From contig CAXHJY010000083.1 in the NCBI GenBank assembly GCA_964016885.1, positions 281-64,280 of the forward strand: a stretch of 64,000 nucleotides of DNA, given 5' to 3'. A program made the position numbers and the translations under genes. The DNA comes from Eledone cirrhosa. Lineage: Eukaryota. Each line of letters begins with the position of its first letter. Position 1 is the first letter of the stretch. The notes under the pieces are model-generated. The model was not told where the DNA came from. It did not search any database and was given only the letters and a program-made list of their open reading frames with translations. This document shows positions 28,122-42,842 of this stretch, in pieces.

Positions 28122-30302
28122 TCGGGGAGAAGTGTGTACTTAACGATGATGGCATACTTGCCATCACCGACACTGATAAGAAGGTAGCTTGGAAGTGTCA
28201 CTATGAAAGGCTACTAAATGAGGAGAATAAATGGGAGAAAGACAGTCTCCCCCATATCGACCCGATAGAGGGACCAGCAGTGTTAGTCGTGGGGAGTATA
28301 ATAAGTAAGGCAATCAAGGATATGAAGACTGGTAAGGCGGCTGGGCCTTCGGAAATAGTTGCTGAGATGCTGAAGGCATCTGGCACGGTGGGACACACCA
28401 TGGCCACCCGCATAGTTAACCAAGTCGTACAGAATGGGGTTGTTCCGAAGGACTGGCATAGCAGCATCATCGTTAACTGTTATAAGGGTAAAGGAGACGC
28501 CCTAGATAGGAGTAACTATAGAGGCATTAAATTAATCGACCAGGTCATGAAGGTCACGGAAAAAGTAATAGCTCAACTAATCAGAGAGAGAATTGATCTA
28601 GATGAAATGCAGTTCGGGTTTGTGTCAGGCAAAAGCACCACAGACGCTCTTTTCATAGTACGACAACTACAGGAGAAGTACCTAGCTAAAGGTAAACCCC
28701 TCTACTTAGCTTTTGTCGACCTGGAGAAAGCCTTCGACAGAGTCCCCCGCTCCATTATCTGGTGGGCTCTTAGAAAACTAGGCGTTGACGAATGGCTTGT
28801 GAGGGCTATACAAGCCATGTATAAAGAAACAGTCAGCAAGGTTAGAATTAACAACGAATATAGTGAAGAGTTTAGCGTAAAAGTTGGCGTCCATCAGGGC
28901 TCTGTTCTCAGCCCCCTACTATTTATTATTGCCCTTCAGGCTATAACAGAGGAGTTCAAGACAGGCTGCCCATGGGAACTCCTATACGCAGACGACCTGA
29001 CACTCATAGCGGAATCAATGGCCGAGCTAGAGAAGAAATTCCAAACATGGAAGCACGGCCTAGAGTCAAAAGGACTTAAAATTAACCTGGCTAAGACCAA
29101 AGTTCTAGTTTGTAGGAAAGAAAACAAGGCGGCGGTCCCTTCTGGGAAATGGTCGTGCTCGGTATGTAGGAAAGGCGTAGGTAGAAACACCATCTTATGT
29201 CCTAAATGCAAAGTATGGGTGCATAAAAGATGTAGTGGGATCACAGGTAAGCTAACTAAGAACATAGACTTTACATGTGGCCGGTGTTCTGGTGCAATAA
29301 GTAGCAGCAAGTGCCCACAAAATACTAGCTCTTTCAATTGCGCAGAGGGTTCTATAGAAATAGTGGACAGCTTCCGTTACCTGGGCGATAAAATCAGCAG
29401 TGGGGGAGGGTGCTCTGAAAGTACTGTAGCTAGAGTCAGAACTGGTTGGAAAAAGTTCAGAGAGCTTATACCACTATTAGCTGCTAAAGGGTTCTCCCTA
29501 AAAATGAAAGGCAGGTTGTACGATGCCTGCATACGAACAGCAATGTTGCATGGTAGTGAGACCTGGGCATTGTGTGCAGAGGATATACGCAGACTAGAGA
29601 GGAACGAAGCTTGCATGCTCCGCTGGATGTGTAACAGTAATATACGTGAACGGCAAAGCATAAACGAACTAAGGAAAAAATTAGAGATAAGAGGGATCAG
29701 ATGTTGTTTACTTGAGAGAAGGCTGCGTTGGTATGGACACGTGATGCGCATGAAAGTCGATAGCTGTATTACAAAGTGCAGGGCAATAAAGATAGACGGT
29801 AGCCACGGAATAGGCAGACCTAGAAAAAGATGGGATGAGCTGATAAACTCCGACCTCACACACTTACACCTCTCCAAGACAATGTCACTGGACCGTGACC
29901 TTTGGTGGTACTCAGAAACAGAGAAGACCCGCCTTGCCAGTAGGCATCTCTAACAAACTACACCCCGTCCCGCCACCACCCCCACCCCATCCACACCACC
30001 CCGTTCTATGTAAAGTTATGTTGGTGCCGCGCCATCCAGGCCGAAACAAATGAGATCGTGTAGGTGTCACGACAAAAAAACACACAGTCCACGCTGTAAT
30101 GTGGCCGTGTAGGCAACACGGTAAAAACCTCCCAGACTCACACTGTAAATGTGGTTGGTGTTAGGAAGGGCATCCAACTGTAGAAAACCTGCCAGACAGT
30201 CCTATGCGAGCAAGACAATCACTCTTGCCTCAAGTGGGACTACCCCCGTCCAAACCCATGCAAGCGTGGAACACGGACGTTAAACGTTGATGATGATGAT
30301 GA

Positions 30303-30306
<4 letters not shown>
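28122..30306 (+). mobile_element. 5'-truncated copy of the RTE-PHD LINE with open RT frame
   Basis: [10 protein letters not shown] through YADD, PHD and RRLRWYGH without stops to 29953; shared 3' UTR and (GAT)n tail. Confidence 0.93.
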
Positions 30307-32310
<2,004 letters not shown>

Positions 32311-33196
32311 CAACACTCGCAGACAAGGCTTGGCAGCTGCGTGAAAATAACCAACAATTTCACCTAAAATGGGATATTATAGCAGCTGCCCCCCCCATAT
32401 ATTCCAATGGACAGGAATTTTGTAAATTATGTAATGTAGAATTATTTTGTATTATGAAATCCAAAAACATTTTATTAAATAACAGAATAGAGCGATCGTT
32501 ATACTGTAACCATCGCTTAAAATCTACATTTTCATATTATAAATACTACCAGGATTGAACGCCTGTCTCTATCCCCGTTTGATTGTCAAAATAGATATGA
32601 ACATTCTTTATTAGTCTTAATTCTATCAACTCTTCTATTATTTACCTTTTAATACAAACTGCTATAGATAAGATGAGATTTCTGATTTCTTGATTCAATT
32701 CCCTAGTGCAAATACCAGCTGACTACTAGCATTGATGTTATTTAGTAGTAATCGAAATCTCCCCCTTCCCCAATTGACACTTTATGATTAATACTACTGC
32801 ACCAAATGACCAGCCCTGTCCACTGTCCAGTTGGTCAAGTAGAGATTAAAATCGGCACTCCCAAAATTCTTATTTAGATTTACTCATGGTATTCTCATTA
32901 AGAAACCCATTATATACTTGTTTAGCAGTAAATTATTTGACCATCTGTCATATTCTATCCCTCTGTTCCTTCCTCTTTTACTAATATAAATACTTCAATT
33001 TTTCTGATTTTATCCAGTTTATCCAAAATCTCTGAAGAAGTGACAACTGATTATACATTTGCTATCGAATGCTTGCTAACATTATATGATTACGCAAGCA
33101 GCGATACATAGGTATTCGGTCTGTACAGAAACATATGTCAATACCTAATAAATTCCTTTTTAACAAAAGCACTTTCATTTATATTCATCCTTTCTA

Positions 33197-33418
33197 CATA
33201 TATATATATATATACATACATATATATATATATATACATACATATATATATATATATACATACATACATATATATATATACATACATACATATATATATA
33301 TACATACATACATATATATATATACATACATACATATATATATATACTATACATACAGTATATATATATATATATACATACATATATATATATAGTACAT
33401 ACATATATATATATATAT

Positions 33419-33477
<59 letters not shown>

Positions 33478-33659
33478 CATACATACATATATATATATAT
33501 ACATACATATATATATATATACATACATATATATATATATACATACATATATATATATACATACATACATATATATATATACATACATATATATATATAC
33601 ATAATATATATATATACATACATATATATATATACATATATATATATACATATATATAT

Positions 33660-33712
<53 letters not shown>

Positions 33713-33874
33713 CATATATATATATACATACATATACATACATATATATATATACATACATATATATATATATACATAATATATATATATATACATACAT
33801 ATATATATATATACATACATATATATATATATACATACATATATATATATATACATACATATATATATACATAC

Positions 33875-33905
<31 letters not shown>

Positions 33906-33946
33906 CATACATATATATATATACATACATATATATATATACATTC

Positions 33947-33997
<51 letters not shown>

Positions 33998-34107
33998 CAT
34001 ACATATATATATATATACATACATATATATATATATACATACATATATATATATACATACATATATATATATATACATACATATATATATACATACATAT
34101 ATATATA

Positions 34108-34148
<41 letters not shown>

Positions 34149-34306
34149 ATATATATACATACATATATTTACATACATATATATATATATACATACATAT
34201 ATATATATATATAATACATACATATATATATATATATACATACATATATATATATATATATATACATACATATATATATATATATATATACATACTTATA
34301 TATATA

Positions 34307-34347
<41 letters not shown>

Positions 34348-34379
34348 ATATACATACATATATATATATATATACATAC

Positions 34380-34410
<31 letters not shown>

Positions 34411-34508
34411 CATATATAATATATACATACATATATATATATATACATATATATATATACATACATATATATATATATATACATACATATATATATATAT
34501 ATACATAC

Positions 34509-34539
<31 letters not shown>

Positions 34540-34754
34540 CATATATATATATACATACATATATATATATATACATACATATATATATATATATACATAC
34601 ATATATATATATATATACATACATATATATATATATACATACATATATATATATATACATACATATATATATATATATACATACATATATATATATATAT
34701 ACATACATATATATATACATACATATATATATATATACATACATATATATATAT

Positions 34755-34801
<47 letters not shown>

Positions 34802-34828
34802 CATACATATATATATTATATACATACA

Positions 34829-34864
<36 letters not shown>

Positions 34865-34892
34865 CATACATATATATATATATACATACATA

Positions 34893-34928
<36 letters not shown>

Positions 34929-35174
34929 CATATATATATACATATATATATACATACATATATATATATATATATACATATATATATACATACATATATA
35001 TATATATATATACATATATATATACATATATATATACATATATATATACATATATATATATACATATATATATACATACATATATATATATATATATACA
35101 TATATATATACATATATATATACATATATATATACATATATATATACATACATATATATATATATATACATACA

Positions 35175-35216
<42 letters not shown>

Positions 35217-35281
35217 CATATATATATACATACATATATATATACATACATATATATATATATACATACATATATATATAT

Positions 35282-35348
<67 letters not shown>

Positions 35349-35375
35349 CATACATATATATATATATATATACAT

Positions 35376-35420
<45 letters not shown>

Positions 35421-35643
35421 CATACATATATATATATATACATACATATATATATATATACATACATATATATATATATACATATATATATATACATATA
35501 TATATACATACATATATATATATACATATATATATACATACATATATATATATACATATATATATACATACATATATATATACATACATATATATATACA
35601 TACATATATATATATATATATACATATATATATACATATATAT

Positions 35644-35696
<53 letters not shown>

Positions 35697-36318
35697 CATA
35701 CATATATATATATATATATATACATACATATATATATATACATATATACATACATATATATATATATATATATACATACATATATATATATACATACATA
35801 TATATATATATACATACATATATATATATATATACATACATACATATATACATACATATATATATATATACATACATATATATATATATATACATACATA
35901 CATATATACATACATATATATATATATATACATACATATATATATATATATATACATACATATATATATATATATATACATACATATATATATATATATA
36001 CATACATACATATATATATACATACATACATATATATATATATACATACATACATATATATATACATACATACATATATATATACATACATACATACATA
36101 TATATATATATATACATACATACATATATATATATATACATACATATATATATATATACATACATATATATATATATATATACATACATATATATATACA
36201 TACATACATATATATACATACATACATATATATACATACATACATACATATACATACATACATATATATATATATACATACATACATATACATACATACA
36301 TATACATACATACATATA

Positions 36319-36350
<32 letters not shown>

Positions 36351-36370
36351 CATATACATACATACATATA

Positions 36371-36402
<32 letters not shown>

Positions 36403-36459
36403 CATATACATACATATATATATATACATACATATATATATATACATACATATATATAT

Positions 36460-36490
<31 letters not shown>

Positions 36491-36518
36491 CATACATATA
36501 TATATATATATACATACA

Positions 36519-36572
<54 letters not shown>

Positions 36573-36715
36573 CATACATATATATATATATATATACATA
36601 CATATATATATATATACATATACATATATATATACATACATATATATATATATATATATACATACATATATATATATATATATATACATACATATATATA
36701 TATATATAGATATAC

Positions 36716-36748
<33 letters not shown>

Positions 36749-36799
36749 CATACATATATATATATATATACATACATATATATATATATATAGATATAC

Positions 36800-36832
<33 letters not shown>

Positions 36833-36926
36833 CATACATATATATATATATATACATACATACATATATATATATATACATATATATACATATATATATA
36901 TACACATATATATATATACATACATA

Positions 36927-36958
<32 letters not shown>

Positions 36959-37008
36959 CACATATATATATATACATACATATATATATATATATATATA
37001 CATACATA

Positions 37009-37062
<54 letters not shown>

Positions 37063-37085
37063 CATACATATATATATATATATAT

Positions 37086-37116
<31 letters not shown>

Positions 37117-37124
37117 CATACATA

Positions 37125-37162
<38 letters not shown>

Positions 37163-37193
37163 CATACATATATATATATATATACATACATAC

Positions 37194-37264
<71 letters not shown>

Positions 37265-37270
37265 CACATA

Positions 37271-37310
<40 letters not shown>

Positions 37311-37337
37311 CATACATATATATATATATACATATAC

Positions 37338-37371
<34 letters not shown>

Positions 37372-37379
37372 ATATATAC

Positions 37380-37463
<84 letters not shown>

Positions 37464-37633
37464 ATATATACATACATATATATATATATATACACATATA
37501 TATATATATATATATATACATACATACATATATATATATACACATACATATATATATATATATATACATACATACATATATATATATACACATACATACA
37601 TATATATATATACACATACATATATATATATAT

Positions 37634-37668
<35 letters not shown>

Positions 37669-37750
37669 CATACATACATATATATATATATACATACATA
37701 CATATATATATATATATACATACATACATATATATATATATACATACATA

Positions 37751-37788
<38 letters not shown>

Positions 37789-38054
37789 CATACATACATA
37801 TATATATACATACATACATATATATACATACATACATATATATATATATATACATACATATATATATATATATACATACATACATATATATACATACATA
37901 CATATATATACATACATACATATATATACATACATACATACATATATATACATACATACTTATATATACATACATACATACATATATATACATACATACA
38001 TATATATACATACATACATACATATATATACATACATACATATATATATATACA
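33197..38054. repeat. ~4.9 kb (TA)n/(TACA)n tract
   Basis: Direct reading. Confidence 0.97.
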
Positions 38055-38103
38055 TGATGATGGCTGCCCCCTCGTTATCGAGTATGGCCATTGCACAAAA
38101 AAA

Positions 38104-38134
<31 letters not shown>

Positions 38135-38143
38135 TAAAAAAAA

Positions 38144-38187
<44 letters not shown>

Positions 38188-38190
<3 letters not shown>

Positions 38191-41100
38191 GAGAGAGGCT
38201 AGCAAAAGATATAAATAGATTGACTTGGTGACCTTGCCACGGACAAACGTCTACATCAACAATTATGGGACTGCTGGCTCACCCCTTCCTCACCAACAAT
38301 ATAAAAAGCCCCGGCACCACCACCGACATAACCAGCAGCAATAACAGCCAACTACAACAAAAAGTATATTATATTATTGTAATGCACTGGGTGATTGCTG
38401 GCCTGGAGTGGAGACAATTATTAATAATTTCATTCTTAAGCCACGCAATGCTCACATTAAGGAACCACTCATGATAATAACAATTTAAAAAAAACAACAA
38501 AAAGAAAACCCCGTGACCAAGAAATACCGGGATGGCGGCCGGCGGGGAATAGCCATGTCTCTAGGGGAGAACGACCCCTCTAGTCTTGGTTGACACTCGT
38601 TCTAGAAGTGGTAACACGAAAAGATTACCCCTTGGCGGATAAGGATAAAACGCGACAAAATAAAGTAGATGTCTAATGATGAAATCTCATACCGGATCGG
38701 CCGTCACCCGGGTAAAAAAGGGCCGCGTCCCTCAGAGAGGAACCAGACTGGGGTCGAAAAATCAGCTAATGGTTCAAACCTTCCCATCACTTCGGAGCTG
38801 GAGACCTCCCATAACCGGAATACTCCTACTGTTGGCCCTCCATGCTCACCACCAAGAAATCCAAAGAAAAAGAGAGAAAAATGGTCAAGGGAAGATAATA
38901 AAGAAGTCCTTGAGGCTTTCTACACTGCCATGTACTACCCATCAAATACATCGAATACAGAGCAAACATATATCAACTGGAAAAAGAAACATCCCGAAAA
39001 CAGAGGCTATATTGACAGTAACAAACTAGCCAATATACGAAGAAATATTGTAAGAAAAAAGTTACTAACTGATATAGAAATTGATCAGATCAAGCTAGTA
39101 GCACAAAGTCAGCGAAGGGAAAATGAAGCATGTGTCAGTGAAAACGAGGTAAACTGTAACACTTCGAATCCCAGAGTTGGGGCGGAATCACTGGCAACAG
39201 AACAAATTAAAGAAAGGAGCGAAAAAGTGGAGGGAGTGCATGCTCAGGATGAAACTCCAAATGAAAATAATGAGATCGTAAATGATAAAGAAATGAATGA
39301 AAATGAACTTGCCAACTTGAAGGATGAAATTATGATCGAATGGATGAAAATGAAAGAATCTGACATGGGGGAACGAGACACCCTCCCTAAGATCCAGAAC
39401 TCCAAACAGAACCAAAAGATAATACACAAGACTAACATAATTCTCAAAAACATTATCATCACAAACAAACTAAGCATTACTGACTTAAATCATCTCTATT
39501 ATGCATCGGCTAAAGTCACCACTCACTTATGTGGAGTGAAGATGAAAAAACAAAGGAATTCCCACAAGAAATCTACTTGGCAAGATAACATCAATCGCCA
39601 AATAAACCTTCTCCGATCTGACATAGAAATTTTAACAAACTATAAAGTAGGTGAACATGTTAAACAAACTAAACTTAGAAAATTGAAAAAAAAGTACAGT
39701 ATAAGATCAACATGTGACATAGACATGCTGATAGAAACAATCAAGCAAAAAGTGTCGGCCAAAGCTGCTCGTATAAGGCGCTTTGAAAAACGATCTAGAT
39801 TCTATAAGGACAATAATATGTTCAAAAACAACCAAAGAAACTTCTACAGAAAAATTGGTAAGTCAACAATAACTGCTAAATCAATACCACCCAAGGAGGA
39901 AGTGCAAGAATTCTGGGAAAAGATCTGGGCCGAAGAAAAAGTTCATAACATACATGCCCCATGGATAGACAGACAAATGAAAGAAACAGCTCACCTTGAA
40001 GAACAAACATGGGAAAATATAACAGTTGAACAGCTGCGCTTGGCTCTAAGAAAAACCAGCAAATGGAAATCCCCAGGAAAAGACAAAATACAAAACTTTT
40101 GGATAAATGCCTTCACAGAGTCTCATGAGCTGTTAGCCCAACTTTACAATGAAATAGTTAAGGAGCCAGAAAAGATACCATCATGGCTAGTTAACGGCAT
40201 TACATTCCTGCTACCGAAGAATGATGAGACAAACAATCCCAAAAATTACAGACCGATAACCTGCTTGACCACAATGTATAAAATTTTAACATCAGTCCTA
40301 ACTGAATACACATATGACCACCTGATAACAAATGACCTATTTCCCATTGAGCAGAAAGGGTGTAAACGAGGCTCATATGGCTGTAAGGATCAACTTCTGG
40401 TTAACAAAATGATACTGGAAGATTGTCATAATAGACACAAAAATCTATCGATCGCTTGGATAGATTATAAAAAAGCATTTGATAGTTTGCCACACAGTTG
40501 GATTGAAAAATGTTTAGAGATTTTCAAAATATCCCCCGTTATCAGGAGGTTTTTGTCATTCGGTATGAGGACATGGAGAACGACACTCCTTTTGAATAGT
40601 GAAACAAAATCACTGGAAGCTGGAGAAGTTAACATTAATTGTGGAATTTTTCAGGGTGACTCTTTATCACCGCTTTTATTCTGCATCGCACTTATACCAT
40701 TAAGTAAAATGCTCAATGAAACAAAACATGGATATAGAGTCTATGACAAAACCATTAATCACCTGTTCTACATGGATGACCTGAAACTATTTGCAAAAAA
40801 TGATGAACAATTGCAAGGGCTATTATCCACTGTGAAGCAGTTCAGTGATGACATTAAAATGGAGTTTGGACTGGATAAATGCGCCAAAGCAACGTTCACC
40901 AGAGGAAAGCTGCTGAAGAGTTCAGACATTAATCTTGATCGGGGGAACGTGATAAGAGAGCTTGATCAAGAACAAACTTACAAATATCTAGGTGTTTGTG
41001 AAGGAGACGGAATCAAGCACTCGACAATGAGGGAAAGGATAAGGAAGGAATGTTACCGCAGAGTCAGAGCAATCTTAAGAACGGAATTGAATGCAAGGAA

Positions 41101-42459
41101 TAGGATCGATGCCATAAACACGCTTGCCATACCAGTAGTAACCTACAGTTACAATGTCATCAACTGGTCAAGCACAGAGATCCGTAGGCTCGATACAAAA
41201 ATCCGAAAATTCTTAACCATGCACAGAATGCATCACCCTAAGGCAGACATAGATAGAATATATCTCCCTAGGAAAGAAGGAGGACGTGGGTTAATCCAGT
41301 TAGACATTGCGTTGAAAACTGCAACAATTGGATTATCCACATATCTAAGGGAATCACATGATTGGATGATCAAACTCGTTTTGAAACACGAAAGCACCAA
41401 AAGATCATATTCCATTACAAAAGATGCACAAAGATACAGTAATGGACTACAAATTTCAGAAGTCCCATTTACTGCTGAAATGGAAAACACAGAAAAAGCA
41501 AAGCAGGTAAAAGTAACTGCAAAGAAAGAACTGCTACAGAAACTGGCTAAGAAATGGCAAGAAAAGCCTCTGTATGGAAAATACCCAGAGCGAGCTAACA
41601 ATCCTGATGTTGACAAAACTTTAACCCATCAGTGGTTGGCATCCTCTGGACTGAAATCGGAGACTGAAGGACTGATTATATCCGCACAAGATCAGTGTCT
41701 GCCAACAAAAAATTACCAAGCCAACATAATAAAAAATGGGTGCAGCCCATTATGCCGTGTATGCAAAAAACAACCAGAGACCATTGACCATATAATTTCA
41801 ATGTGCAGTCCTATAGCTCCAACCGAATACCTAAACAGGCATGACAGAGCTGCACAATACATACATTGGATAATGTGCAAGCATTTTGACCTGCCCCATC
41901 AAAAGAATTGGTGGGAGCATCAACCACCTCCCATACTTGAAAAAGATCACATCTCAATCTTGTGGAACTTTAGCATCCAAACAGACCGAAAAATAGATGC
42001 AAATAGACCTGATATAATATTGAAGGACTTTCAAAGGAGGGTATGCCTGCTAATTGATATGTCTGTTCCAATAGACAAGAATGTATCTATAAAAACATTT
42101 GAAAAATTGAGCAAGTATAAGGACCTGGAGATAGAAATTGGAAAAATGTGGAAATTGAGAACTAAAACAATACCAGTGGTTGTAGGCGCTCTGGGAATGA
42201 TACCTAAGGGGTCTAACGACTACTTATCGCAAATCCCAGGAAACCCGCGTATAGGAGAAATACAAAAGATAGTACTAATGGGAACTGCCCATATACTAAG
42301 GAAGATCCTGTCAATATAAGTACATCACAAGTCTAAACACTAAGGATGCATGTGTGAATATGTGTGTTCTTTCTTGAACATGGCGGACCTTGTTGTCTCT
42401 TGAGGTCACTGGTTGTGACTTGGTGATAACTCGTATAAACATAAAGCAAGATAAATGCA

Positions 42460-42461
<2 letters not shown>
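38188..42461 (+). mobile_element. R4/Dong-clade non-LTR retrotransposon inserted in (TAA)n
   Basis: Single RT-RLE ORF flanked by (TAA)n at 38146-38187 and 42462-42487, the known Dong target. Confidence 0.9.
38669..42319 (+). CDS. R4/Dong RT + CCHC finger + restriction-like endonuclease
   Basis: 1216 aa open. NYRPITCL, WIDYKKAFDS, GIFQGDSLSP, YMDD; CRVC..ETIDHIISMC; RHD, RPDI, IDMSVP, K..KY.DL. Confidence 0.94.
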   Translation: MSNDEISYRIGRHPGKKGPRPSERNQTGVEKSANGSNLPITSELETSHNRNTPTVGPPCSPPRNPKKKREKWSREDNKEVLEAFYTAMYYPSNTSNTEQTYINWKKKHPENRGYIDSNKLANIRRNIVRKKLLTDIEIDQIKLVAQSQRRENEACVSENEVNCNTSNPRVGAESLATEQIKERSEKVEGVHAQDETPNENNEIVNDKEMNENELANLKDEIMIEWMKMKESDMGERDTLPKIQNSKQNQKIIHKTNIILKNIIITNKLSITDLNHLYYASAKVTTHLCGVKMKKQRNSHKKSTWQDNINRQINLLRSDIEILTNYKVGEHVKQTKLRKLKKKYSIRSTCDIDMLIETIKQKVSAKAARIRRFEKRSRFYKDNNMFKNNQRNFYRKIGKSTITAKSIPPKEEVQEFWEKIWAEEKVHNIHAPWIDRQMKETAHLEEQTWENITVEQLRLALRKTSKWKSPGKDKIQNFWINAFTESHELLAQLYNEIVKEPEKIPSWLVNGITFLLPKNDETNNPKNYRPITCLTTMYKILTSVLTEYTYDHLITNDLFPIEQKGCKRGSYGCKDQLLVNKMILEDCHNRHKNLSIAWIDYKKAFDSLPHSWIEKCLEIFKISPVIRRFLSFGMRTWRTTLLLNSETKSLEAGEVNINCGIFQGDSLSPLLFCIALIPLSKMLNETKHGYRVYDKTINHLFYMDDLKLFAKNDEQLQGLLSTVKQFSDDIKMEFGLDKCAKATFTRGKLLKSSDINLDRGNVIRELDQEQTYKYLGVCEGDGIKHSTMRERIRKECYRRVRAILRTELNARNRIDAINTLAIPVVTYSYNVINWSSTEIRRLDTKIRKFLTMHRMHHPKADIDRIYLPRKEGGRGLIQLDIALKTATIGLSTYLRESHDWMIKLVLKHESTKRSYSITKDAQRYSNGLQISEVPFTAEMENTEKAKQVKVTAKKELLQKLAKKWQEKPLYGKYPERANNPDVDKTLTHQWLASSGLKSETEGLIISAQDQCLPTKNYQANIIKNGCSPLCRVCKKQPETIDHIISMCSPIAPTEYLNRHDRAAQYIHWIMCKHFDLPHQKNWWEHQPPPILEKDHISILWNFSIQTDRKIDANRPDIILKDFQRRVCLLIDMSVPIDKNVSIKTFEKLSKYKDLEIEIGKMWKLRTKTIPVVVGALGMIPKGSNDYLSQIPGNPRIGEIQKIVLMGTAHILRKILSI

Positions 42462-42524
<63 letters not shown>

Positions 42525-42530
42525 GAAAAG

Positions 42531-42561
<31 letters not shown>

Positions 42562-42673
42562 TATACATACATATATATATACACATATATATACACACAC
42601 ACATACATACACATACATACATATATACACACACACATACACTCACACATATATACACACATACATTAATAAC

Positions 42674-42713
<40 letters not shown>

Positions 42714-42792
42714 GCAATAATAATAATAACGACAACAACAATAATAATATACATATTCATATATATATACACACACACGCACGCACATAAGC

Positions 42793-42834
<42 letters not shown>

Positions 42835-42842
42835 GATAGCAA

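Noticed and set aside
33032-33147. Possible hammerhead: CTGAAGA ... GAAAC ATAT GTC
   Set aside because: The flanks of the two core halves do not form stem I; the 3' flank AATACCTA pairs with internal TAGGTATT instead. At best a degenerate relic.
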